Of a stretch of 64,000 nt of DNA, positions 56,102 to 64,000 are shown in pieces (the first letter of the stretch is position 1; every line of letters begins with the position of its first letter). Origin of the DNA: a virus; IMG/VR virus record IMGVR_UViG_3300022213_000004, one strand, 5' to 3'. The notes beneath the pieces were generated by a model that saw nothing but the letters and a program-made list of their open reading frames with translations, did not search any database and was not told the origin of the DNA. Both the position numbers and the translations under genes were made by a program.

Positions 56102-56214
56102 TTTTTCAACTAGTTGAAGCACTAGCATCAAATCCTTTCTTTCTTTTTCTTTGTGGATGTGGGTTGACAGTCGTACCATTTGCTGGTATTATGTTTATAC
56201 ACAGAAACAAATAA

Positions 56215-56290
56215 CGGAGTATCGCCTAACTTGGTCATGGCACCTGCTTTGGGAGCAGGAATAATTTCGGTTCAAATCCGAATACTCCGA
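56215..56290 (+). tRNA. tRNA-Pro(TGG)
   Basis: CGGAGTA/TACTCCG acceptor, CCTGC-TTTGGGA-GCAGG. Confidence 0.93.
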
Positions 56291-56307
56291 TCATAAAACT
56301 TTACTTT

Positions 56308-56547
56308 ATGAAAATGTATCCAGAACATCCAGAACATCCAGAACTTCAGACATTTACAGTAGAAGAGTTTCAAGCAGATTTTGATAACTTAATGAAAAGA
56401 GTAGAAAATGGAGAGTCTTTTATTATTAAAGATGGAGGAAGAAGTGCAGTGATAGTTCCATATAATGAAACTATAAAGTATGCGATAGATTCAGTTGTGG
56501 ACGACGATGTGATACGAATACACACCGACCACGAAGAAGGTTCGTGA
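56308..56547 (+). CDS. Phd/YefM antitoxin-like protein
   Basis: TVEEFQADFDNLMKRVENGESFIIKDGGRSAVIVPY matches the Phd/YefM pattern. Confidence 0.65.
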   Translation: MKMYPEHPEHPELQTFTVEEFQADFDNLMKRVENGESFIIKDGGRSAVIVPYNETIKYAIDSVVDDDVIRIHTDHEEGS

Positions 56548-56554
56548 TTTTTGT

Positions 56555-56645
56555 GGGGGCATAGTTCAACGGTAGAACAGCGGTCTTATACTCCGTATTA
56601 GCGCCAGATTAGCGCGAGGTCTTGGTTCGAATCCAAGTGTCCCTA
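56555..56645 (+). tRNA. Atypical tRNA with TAT anticodon and extra hairpin in the variable region
   Basis: GGGGGCA/TGTCCCT acceptor, loop CTTATAC, GCGC-CAGATTA-GCGC insert, canonical T arm. Confidence 0.8.
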
Positions 56646-56665
56646 TTCCACTTAATGTGGATTTT

Positions 56666-56736
56666 GGGCGGGTACTTTAATGGTAAAAGAGGCTCCTTAT
56701 AAGGGCTCATTCGGGGTTCAATTCCCCGTCCGCCTA
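56666..56736 (+). tRNA. tRNA-Ile(TAT)
   Basis: GGGCGGG/TCCGCCT acceptor, GGCTC-CTTATAA-GGGCT. Confidence 0.88.
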
Positions 56737-56783
56737 TTTTTAATAAAACTCATATAAATAAATAGAACTGTTCTATTATAAGT

Positions 56784-57404
56784 ATGAGTTGTAAAAAACA
56801 AGGATTATTTGATAGGCATCATATTATCCCAAGATATATGGGGGGGTCTGATGAGTTTGAAAATATTGTTACGGTTTCAAGAACCTGCCACACTATGTTT
56901 CATTATTGTAATTGGTGTCTATGGAATAATAAAGAAGATTATATTGCTTATAAAGGATTGTCATCTCAAATAACAAAACAAGACATTATCAAAGAAACTG
57001 CTAGTATTGCTGGTAAAAAATCATACGAAAATAAAACTGGTTTGTTTTCTCTTTCTATTGAAGAAAAGAAAAAATATTCCTCAATAGGAGGTAAAAAGGC
57101 AGGAAAATATATGTCCCAATCTATGTGGATTAATAATGCAGAACAAAATAAAAGAATATTAAAAACTCAACAAATACCTGATGGGTGGATTAAAGGTAAA
57201 GTCAAAAAGAAAAAAAGAAAAAAATATGGAAGAAGTTGGGAAGAGTATATGAATACATTTTCAAATCAAACTGAAGAAAGATTGAAATATCTTAAACATA
57301 TTGACTTGACAAAACGGGGGATTAAAACTAAAATTGCTAATGATTGGGGCGTGTCTAGAACTCAAGTAAATAGATTTTTAGACAAGCATCAACTTCAACC
57401 ATAG
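56784..57404 (+). CDS. HNH homing endonuclease
   Basis: DRHHIIPRYMGGSDEFENIVTVSRTCHTMFH; C-terminal HTH. Confidence 0.88.
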   Translation: MSCKKQGLFDRHHIIPRYMGGSDEFENIVTVSRTCHTMFHYCNWCLWNNKEDYIAYKGLSSQITKQDIIKETASIAGKKSYENKTGLFSLSIEEKKKYSSIGGKKAGKYMSQSMWINNAEQNKRILKTQQIPDGWIKGKVKKKKRKKYGRSWEEYMNTFSNQTEERLKYLKHIDLTKRGIKTKIANDWGVSRTQVNRFLDKHQLQP

Positions 57405-57477
57405 GACAGAAACTCTACTGTCCATCTTGACTTCTCCAGGTCAAACCTTTATAATACTAAGGTCAACATTCAAAACA

Positions 57478-57693
57478 ATGACTCTCACAGCAAAATTCAA
57501 GAAAGACGTTCAAACCCTTCGTGGTGCAGCAAATGGTGAATTCTACCTTGATGTAAAGAATCCGAAACTCTACAAAAAGGTTCGCCGTTTCTACGAGAAT
57601 GAAGGTGTAGTGTTCTCTGGTGATCCTCTGGATGATTATGAGATGCTTATGGAATATGTTCTTGCTGATCTCGAATCCGTTGAAGTTGCTTGA
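57478..57693 (+). CDS. Conserved cyanophage hypothetical protein
   Basis: LDVKNPKLYKKVRRFY..EGV; TTGACT-17-TATAAT promoter at 57427-57455. Confidence 0.75.
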   Translation: MTLTAKFKKDVQTLRGAANGEFYLDVKNPKLYKKVRRFYENEGVVFSGDPLDDYEMLMEYVLADLESVEVA

Positions 57694-57747
57694 TTAAATA
57701 GTCTCGGGATGACTATAAAAGCGCACTGGTCGGGAGCAAAACCCCTT

Positions 57748-57984
57748 ATGTCTAAATCTGATTTGCTTCGGTGGATTGGAAACATTCTCCTTATAATTGG
57801 TTATCAAACTATGCTATGGGGAGAATTTAAATATGGTTTAATGATAAAAGTTGTTGGGGGATTACTCACAATACCTTTTGCTGTTAAACTTAAACTTTGG
57901 GACGTACTATTCTTATGTGCTTTCTTTGGTATTACCGAGATATCAAAGTTAACCCAACTTTTCTTTAGTCCTGGAACGACTTAA
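57748..57984 (+). CDS. Small multi-pass membrane protein
   Basis: Three hydrophobic segments. Confidence 0.65.
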   Translation: MSKSDLLRWIGNILLIIGYQTMLWGEFKYGLMIKVVGGLLTIPFAVKLKLWDVLFLCAFFGITEISKLTQLFFSPGTT

Positions 57985-58112
57985 AACTTATACTGGTGGA
58001 GTCAAAATGACCCTATTATGAGTTTATTGCCTCTCTCAAGGGCAATTGGTGCGGATGGGACTCTCTCCCGCCTGGTTTCCAATTTCCAGTCAAAGAATTG
58101 GTGGCGAGCCTG
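57967..58112 (+). ncRNA. Structured RNA upstream of gmd, wcaG/manA-motif-like
   Basis: GC-rich multi-hairpin intergenic region with TGGTG and TGGCG elements ahead of a nucleotide-sugar gene, as described for cyanophage wcaG RNAs; family not verified. Confidence 0.55.
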
Positions 58113-58119
58113 AATTTTC

Positions 58120-58150
58120 AAAGAGGGGTTTACATAATCCCTCTTTTTTT
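58120..58150 (+). terminator. Intrinsic terminator overlapping a sigma70-like promoter
   Basis: AAAGAGGGG...CCCTCTTTTTTT; TTTACA-17-TATAAT. Confidence 0.65.
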
Positions 58151-58182
58151 GTATAATATTATAAAAGAGTAATTTTATCTTT

Positions 58183-59232
58183 ATGAGAATCGCACTAATA
58201 ACTGGTATAACCGGACAAGATGGTTCGTATTTAGCCGAACTTCTTTTGGAAAAAGGTTATAAAGTTCATGGAATCATTCGTAGAAATTCTACATCTGATC
58301 CTACTGATAGAATTAAACAACTTCTAGATAATCCAAATATTACTCTTCATTATGGGGATTTATCTGATTTTTCTAATGTAACTTCTTTAATTCAAGAAAC
58401 AAAACCAGATGAGATTTATAATCTTGCAGCACAAAGTCATGTAAAGGTTTCTTTTTCAAACTCTTTGTATACCACTGATATCAATGCAGTCGGTGTGACT
58501 AGAATATTGGAAGCTATTAGGGTTCTTGGGTTGGAAGGTAAAACTAAATTTTATCAAGCTTCAACTTCTGAAATGTTTGGTAAAGTTCAAGAAGTTCCTC
58601 AAAAAGAAACTACTCCATTTTATCCTAGGTCTCCGTATGGAGTAGCAAAACTATATGCTTACTGGTTAGTTAGAAACTATAGAGAATCATATAATTTATT
58701 TGCATGTAATGGAATTCTTTTTAATCACGAGTCTCCTAGAAGAGGAGAATTATTTGTAACAAGAAAAATTACAAAAACTCTTGCGGAAATTAAAACGGGA
58801 ATTAAAAAAGGACCTCTTGAACTTGGAAACCTTGATGCAAAACGTGATTGGGGACATGCCAAAGATTATGTTAGGGGTATGTGGATGATGTTGCAAGAAA
58901 AAGTTTCTGATGATTATATTTTAAGTATGGAAGAACAACATTCTGTTAGGGATTTTGTTAACATTTCTTGTAAAAATTTGGGATTTGATATAGAGTGGAT
59001 TGGAAGTAATATAAATGAAGTTGGTGTAGATAAAAATACTGGAAAAACAATCATTCAGATTAATCCTGATTATTATCGTCCAGCTGAAGTAGAAACTCTT
59101 ATTGGAGACTGTACAAAGGCAAAAACAACACTTGGGTGGAAACCAGAATACACATTTACAAATTTAGTAGAAGAAATGTGTGAATATGATCTTAAAAAAG
59201 CATTGGAGAAAAAAAATGAGTATGTATACTGA
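58183..59232 (+). CDS. gmd: GDP-mannose 4,6-dehydratase
   Basis: [38 protein letters not shown]. Confidence 0.97.
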   Translation: MRIALITGITGQDGSYLAELLLEKGYKVHGIIRRNSTSDPTDRIKQLLDNPNITLHYGDLSDFSNVTSLIQETKPDEIYNLAAQSHVKVSFSNSLYTTDINAVGVTRILEAIRVLGLEGKTKFYQASTSEMFGKVQEVPQKETTPFYPRSPYGVAKLYAYWLVRNYRESYNLFACNGILFNHESPRRGELFVTRKITKTLAEIKTGIKKGPLELGNLDAKRDWGHAKDYVRGMWMMLQEKVSDDYILSMEEQHSVRDFVNISCKNLGFDIEWIGSNINEVGVDKNTGKTIIQINPDYYRPAEVETLIGDCTKAKTTLGWKPEYTFTNLVEEMCEYDLKKALEKKNEYVY

Positions 59233-60451
59233 AATTCAATCATGCAGAGTTAGTAAGACGCAAGATCTTGTAACATTTTTGAACCTGGGAAATCAAAAAT
59301 TAACAGGAGTCTTTCCAAAACCAGAAGAAAATTTAGAATCTGGTCCGCTGGAATTGGTGTGGAGTCCTTCTAGTTATCTGGTTCAATTAAAACACACTTT
59401 TGAACCTACAGAAATGTATGGCGATAACTATGGATATCGTTCTGGATTAAATAATTCAATGGTTCAACACCTTGTCAATAAAGCAAAATATTTAATTGAA
59501 TTGTCTGAATTGAAACCTGGTGATGTTGTTGTTGATATTGGATCTAATGATTGTACAACATTAAAGGCATTTCCTTCTGATGTAAAAAGAATAGGAATCG
59601 ATCCTACTATTAAAAAGTTTTCACAATATTATCCAGATGATATTCCATACGTTGCAGACTTCTTTTCGGAAGATTCTTATCGTTCTATTGAAAAAAATAA
59701 GAATGCAAAATTGGTAATGTCTATTGCCTGTTTTTATGATCTTGAAGATCCTATTTCTTTCGTTAAGGATATTCGGTCTATCCTTTCTGATGATGGTCTT
59801 TGGCATTTTGAGCAGGCTTATCTTCCATCTACATTGAGATCTCTTTCTTACGATACTGCTTGTCATGAGCATATTGAATATTATTCAATGTTATCAATTG
59901 AAAATATTCTTAAACAAGCGGGGATGAAAATCGTTGATGTGACATTAAATGATATTAATGGTGGTAGTTTTGCTGTTACTGCATGTAAAGATACTAATAC
60001 ATCAATTAAAGTCAATCACGCTGTTATTAATTGGTTGATTGATGAAGAGTATAAAATGGGTCTTCATACTGTGAAACCTTATTTTGAGTTTGCTCAAAGA
60101 ACCTATGAGCATCGGGATTCTCTAATCAGTCTTGTTCGTTCTTTGCGAGCAGATGGCAAAACAATTTATGGATATGGTGCTTCAACTAAAGGTAACGTTC
60201 TTCTTCAGTGGTGTGGATTTACTTCAGATGATATTACTGCAATTGGTGAAGTAAATTCTGATAAATTTGGATGTGTAACTCCGGGTACAAATATTCCTAT
60301 TGTTTCAGAAGAAGAAGTTAAGAGTAATAATCCAGATTATTTGATTGTCTTGCCTTGGCATTTTAAAAATGGAATCGTTCAGCGAGAAAAGGAATATATG
60401 AATTCTGGTGGTAAGTTTATCTTTCCTCTTCCTTATATTCAAATTATTTGA
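59216..60451 (+). CDS. NDP-sugar C-methyltransferase
   Basis: [35 protein letters not shown]. Confidence 0.85.
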   Translation: MSMYTEIQSCRVSKTQDLVTFLNLGNQKLTGVFPKPEENLESGPLELVWSPSSYLVQLKHTFEPTEMYGDNYGYRSGLNNSMVQHLVNKAKYLIELSELKPGDVVVDIGSNDCTTLKAFPSDVKRIGIDPTIKKFSQYYPDDIPYVADFFSEDSYRSIEKNKNAKLVMSIACFYDLEDPISFVKDIRSILSDDGLWHFEQAYLPSTLRSLSYDTACHEHIEYYSMLSIENILKQAGMKIVDVTLNDINGGSFAVTACKDTNTSIKVNHAVINWLIDEEYKMGLHTVKPYFEFAQRTYEHRDSLISLVRSLRADGKTIYGYGASTKGNVLLQWCGFTSDDITAIGEVNSDKFGCVTPGTNIPIVSEEEVKSNNPDYLIVLPWHFKNGIVQREKEYMNSGGKFIFPLPYIQII

Positions 60452-60452
60452 T

Positions 60453-61388
60453 ATGAATATTTTAGTTATTAATCACTCAGAAAAACAATGTGGTGTTTAT
60501 CAATACGGGAAAAGAGTTGCGGAGATTCTAAAAAATTCAAAAAATCATAATTTTGTTTATTTGGAAATAGATTCTCATGCAGAACTAGATCTTGAAATAG
60601 AAAAACATTCTCCAAATTTTATAATCTATAACTGGACTGGGGGAACCATGCCGTGGGTTACGCCCGAAACAGTTCAAAACCTAAGACAAAATCAAATAAA
60701 ACAATTTTTATTAGTTCATAATACATGGAATTATTCCAAGTTCTTTGATGGATATTTACATCAACATCCTTATTGGAACAATGTTGATAATGTAAATTTT
60801 GCAATTCCTAGACCACTTCCTTTCTTTCATAAAGAAAAAGAAAATAATTCTTCTGACGTTATTCGTATAGGATCTTTTGGTTTTGGATTAGTTAATAAGT
60901 ATTTTGATGAGGTTTGTAGAATCGTTAATGAACAATTTGATGACGATTTAGTTGAACTTAGGTTGCATTTAACATCGGGGGCTTTTGCTGGTTCAAACCA
61001 AAATATTTCACATGTAAAACATTCATGCTACAATAATATTACTAAACCTACTATCAAATTAAATATAACTACTGATTTTATAAGTGATGTTGAATTGCTT
61101 AATTTTTTGTATGGGAATAATTTAAATATATTTTTCTACCAAGATTATCCAGACTATAATGGGATATCATCCGTAATTGACTATGCCCTTGCTGTTGAAA
61201 AACCAATAGCAATTAATAAAAGTTCTATGTATTCTCATATTTTAGATACTGAACCTTCAATCTGTGTTGAAGATATGGATCTAAGAGGTATTATTTCTAA
61301 TGGATTTGCTCCATTACAAGAAAGAAAAAATTCTTGGTCTCATGAAAACTTTATATATACTTTTGAAAAAATAATTGAAAACTTTTGA
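60453..61388 (+). CDS. Putative glycosyltransferase
   Basis: CGVYQYG, IGSFGFG, GISSVIDYALAV; island context. Confidence 0.55.
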   Translation: MNILVINHSEKQCGVYQYGKRVAEILKNSKNHNFVYLEIDSHAELDLEIEKHSPNFIIYNWTGGTMPWVTPETVQNLRQNQIKQFLLVHNTWNYSKFFDGYLHQHPYWNNVDNVNFAIPRPLPFFHKEKENNSSDVIRIGSFGFGLVNKYFDEVCRIVNEQFDDDLVELRLHLTSGAFAGSNQNISHVKHSCYNNITKPTIKLNITTDFISDVELLNFLYGNNLNIFFYQDYPDYNGISSVIDYALAVEKPIAINKSSMYSHILDTEPSICVEDMDLRGIISNGFAPLQERKNSWSHENFIYTFEKIIENF

Positions 61389-61396
61389 GTGAAAAT

Positions 61397-62005
61397 ATGC
61401 AGTTTTATTCTGACGCTAAACAAGATGAGTTTGTTGCAAATCTTTTAGAATTTAAGAGAGATGGGTATTGTGTGGATATTGGATCATGCCATTCCATATA
61501 TTCAAACAATACTTTTGCTTTTCAAGAATTAGGTTGGACTTCAATAAGTGTTGAAATTCAAAGCAGTTATAACTCTAGTTACTCTTCTACAAGAAAACTG
61601 GGTGTTCATTTGAATGAAAGTGCTCTAGAAGTAAATTATAAAGAAGTTTTTGAGGAATGTGAATTTCCAAAAAATATAGACTACTTATCTATTGATATCG
61701 ATACTTTATCTTGCGATGTTCTAAAAATAATTCCATTTGATGAATATTCTTTTAAAGTAATTACTATTGAGCATGATGGATATCTTTATGGTGATCAATA
61801 TAGAAAAATTCAAAGAGATTTTTTGAAAGAGAAAGGATATCTTATATTATGTTCTAATGTTTATGTTGAACAAGATAAATATTATGGTAAAGAATATCCA
61901 TTTGAAGATTGGTGGATTAATCCAAGTGATTTTTCTACAGAGTTGATTGAAAAAATCAAATCAGATTCTTTGCTTCCATCGCAGATTATAGAAAAATTTA
62001 ATTGA
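61397..62005 (+). CDS. FkbM-like SAM-dependent methyltransferase
   Basis: QD.FV, VDIGS..S..NNT, IDYLSIDID, ITIEHD, EDWW. Confidence 0.75.
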   Translation: MQFYSDAKQDEFVANLLEFKRDGYCVDIGSCHSIYSNNTFAFQELGWTSISVEIQSSYNSSYSSTRKLGVHLNESALEVNYKEVFEECEFPKNIDYLSIDIDTLSCDVLKIIPFDEYSFKVITIEHDGYLYGDQYRKIQRDFLKEKGYLILCSNVYVEQDKYYGKEYPFEDWWINPSDFSTELIEKIKSDSLLPSQIIEKFN

Positions 62006-62214
62006 TTAAAATTAATAAAAAACAAAAAATTAAAGATAAAATTATAGAAATATCCAAACTTGGGTTAACGGATAAAGCAACATATCATTCTTATGAAGAT
62101 GTTTATCCACATTTTTATGATGATTATTTGAAAGATGGTAGATTCGAGGTTATTGATCTTAGAAAAAACAAAGGAAGAGGTGATGATATAATAGATGTTT
62201 ATTATAAGAAGTAA
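62002..62214 (+). pseudogene. Internally deleted methyltransferase remnant
   Basis: TDK..YHSY..VY N-terminal motif joined directly to DLR..KGR.DD C-terminal motif. Confidence 0.5.
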
Positions 62215-62220
62215 TAAATT

Positions 62221-63186
62221 ATGAAATATTCAAAGGTCATTATTTGGGGTCATCCTTTATATTCTCATACTCATTCTTACGTACATTCTTCATACTATAA
62301 AGCTTTTAAGTATCTTGGGTATGATGTCTATTGGTTTCATGATGATGATTACCCAGTTGATTTTGATTATACGAATACTTTGTTTATTGGAGAGGGATTT
62401 GCAGATTCTAAAATACCATTAAATGATAGTAGTTGTTATATGATTATGTACTGTCCATCACCAAAAAAATATGAAGGCGTTGGTAGATATATTGATATTC
62501 GTATGGCAGCAGTAGATTTTAAAGATCATATTCAAGAGTACTCCCTTGACAAAAATACTGCGAAAAAAATAGGTCCAGCTTGTTACTTTGTTCCGAAAAC
62601 TTCTGAAAAAGTTAGGATAAAAAATGATTATCATGATTATGAGATGGGTGATTTTGACAAGGTTTATATTAGCTGGGCTACAAACCTTTTACCTCATGAA
62701 ATAGATTATGATGATATGTATATTCCCAGAGAACCAAATATTTATTTCTGTGGGACTATATCGGGTTCTGGTCTTGGAGAAAATTTTTCAAATTGGGGTC
62801 CTTTTATTGGAGAAGTAAAGAAATCTGGATATGGATTTATTCCAAATGATCCATGGCAAAATCCATTATCGGATGAAGAAGTCATAAGAAGAATGAGAGA
62901 GTCTCTTTTGGGAGTTGACATACGTGGACCTTTGCACATTAAGCAAAGATTGCTTACTTGTAGAGTGTTTAAAAATATTAGTTACGGGCATCTTGGAGTT
63001 ACAAATTCCGAAGAAATTTATAATGAGATGGAAGGAAACTGCGTTTATAATTCCAATACCGCAGAACTTTTTCATGATGCTATGACAAAACGGGAAGATG
63101 CTGATATGATAGAAAGGGGTATGAAACTAGTTAAGGAAAAACATACTTATATCAATAGAATTGAATCATTACTTTCTATTTTGTGA
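62221..63186 (+). CDS. Putative glycosyltransferase
   Basis: HTHSYVH, CRVFKNISYG, VKEKHTYINRI (GT-B-like C-terminus). Confidence 0.65.
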   Translation: MKYSKVIIWGHPLYSHTHSYVHSSYYKAFKYLGYDVYWFHDDDYPVDFDYTNTLFIGEGFADSKIPLNDSSCYMIMYCPSPKKYEGVGRYIDIRMAAVDFKDHIQEYSLDKNTAKKIGPACYFVPKTSEKVRIKNDYHDYEMGDFDKVYISWATNLLPHEIDYDDMYIPREPNIYFCGTISGSGLGENFSNWGPFIGEVKKSGYGFIPNDPWQNPLSDEEVIRRMRESLLGVDIRGPLHIKQRLLTCRVFKNISYGHLGVTNSEEIYNEMEGNCVYNSNTAELFHDAMTKREDADMIERGMKLVKEKHTYINRIESLLSIL

Positions 63187-63189
63187 TTT

Positions 63190-63945
63190 ATGAAACTTGG
63201 ATTTTTTTATACCGTTTTTAAAGAAAAAAGGGCAACAGAATATTCTATTCAACAATTAAGAAATATCTATCCGGATTCTTCAATATACTTAGTATCTGAT
63301 GGTGGTTTAGATTTTTCATATCTGGAAGATGAATATGAAAATTTAAAAACCTCATTAGAGGAAGATACTATGGGAGATACATTTAATATTACTGCAGGTT
63401 CAACGGGATGTGATTATAACGTTGGTAACTATAGAGAAGAATTTTACCAAAAAGCAATAAAAAAATGTGCATATACTGTTTTAGATAGAATTGTAAGATC
63501 TATTGAATATTGCAATTATCCAGATTGGATGGTAATGTGTGATCCAGACTGTTTGATACGGGGGGAGTTAAATTTTTCTGAAAATGCAAAAATACTAGGT
63601 AGTAGAGTAAATTGTTGTTTACCTCAAGGATATCAAAACTTACTAAGGAGCATTCCTGGAGCAGTTCCAATATCTAACTGGGGAGCATCTCCTTGTGTTT
63701 TTGAAGTAAAAACTTTTTTAAAAGCATTAGAAAAGTTTAGGTATCTTGACACTACAGAAAATCTTTTGGATAAGTTGTGTTTAGAATTTTATGCGATGTA
63801 TGCTCATGATGTTTTATTTCCAACAATATTTGCATTAGTTGGAGAAGAAGAGGTTTTTAATCATGATGTAGTAGAATGTACAAGAAATGCAAATTGGAAA
63901 AACACTTCCCATCCATTAGTTCATCAGTTTAGAGAATATTATTAA
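63190..63945 (+). CDS. Putative glycosyltransferase (GT-A-like)
   Basis: YLVSDGG and DPD (DxD) motifs. Confidence 0.6.
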   Translation: MKLGFFYTVFKEKRATEYSIQQLRNIYPDSSIYLVSDGGLDFSYLEDEYENLKTSLEEDTMGDTFNITAGSTGCDYNVGNYREEFYQKAIKKCAYTVLDRIVRSIEYCNYPDWMVMCDPDCLIRGELNFSENAKILGSRVNCCLPQGYQNLLRSIPGAVPISNWGASPCVFEVKTFLKALEKFRYLDTTENLLDKLCLEFYAMYAHDVLFPTIFALVGEEEVFNHDVVECTRNANWKNTSHPLVHQFREYY

Positions 63946-63947
63946 AA

Positions 63948-64000
63948 ATGATAGGTTTTAATCATCTTGGGCAAATGGGTAGACTTGGAAATCAAATGTT
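63948..64000 (+). CDS. Start of GT11 alpha-1,2-fucosyltransferase-like gene (truncated by the window)
   Basis: MIGFNHLGQMGRLGNQM matches the GT11 GRLGNQMF motif. Confidence 0.7.
   Translation, partial: MIGFNHLGQMGRLGNQM

Overview
64 kb of a T4-like (Kyanoviridae-type) cyanomyovirus genome, most likely from a freshwater Synechococcus/Cyanobium phage. This is inferred from the gp21-22-23 head module, the gp55 late sigma factor with TATAAATA late promoters, the CobS/CobT-like pair, hsp20, mazG and cyanophage-type nrdAB. Gene order: head genes, gp3/uvsY/uvsW/gp55/gp47/gp46, cobT-like/cobS-like, gp45/gp44/dam/gp62/regA/hsp20, gp43/uvsX/gp41/mazG, large putative internal-head proteins, gp61/nrdA/nrdB, a tRNA cluster with dps and small membrane ORFs, and the start of a sugar-modification island (gmd, methyl- and glycosyltransferases). 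The window is heavily invaded by about 14 free-standing GIY-YIG/HNH endonuclease genes, two of which fracture essential genes. The gp41 helicase is split in its Walker A motif and carries an atypically split intein (18-aa IntN, 125-aa IntC). The gp43 polymerase is split with no intein or intron, but both halves have gained amphipathic helical tails. The most unusual non-coding signal is a cassette found twice, ahead of two dissimilar endonuclease genes: late promoter, a CCTG...CTTTTCAGGT stem-loop displaying an 11-nt variable segment, a tetraloop hairpin, a second late promoter, then the exact complement of that segment, with full covariation between the copies. Other oddities are two tandem UAU-anticodon tRNAs (one with an extra hairpin), a tRNA-like RNA with a broken anticodon arm, a half tRNA-Asp, and an apparent ATC start codon. 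All calls come from reading the sequence and recalled family motifs; no database searches were run.
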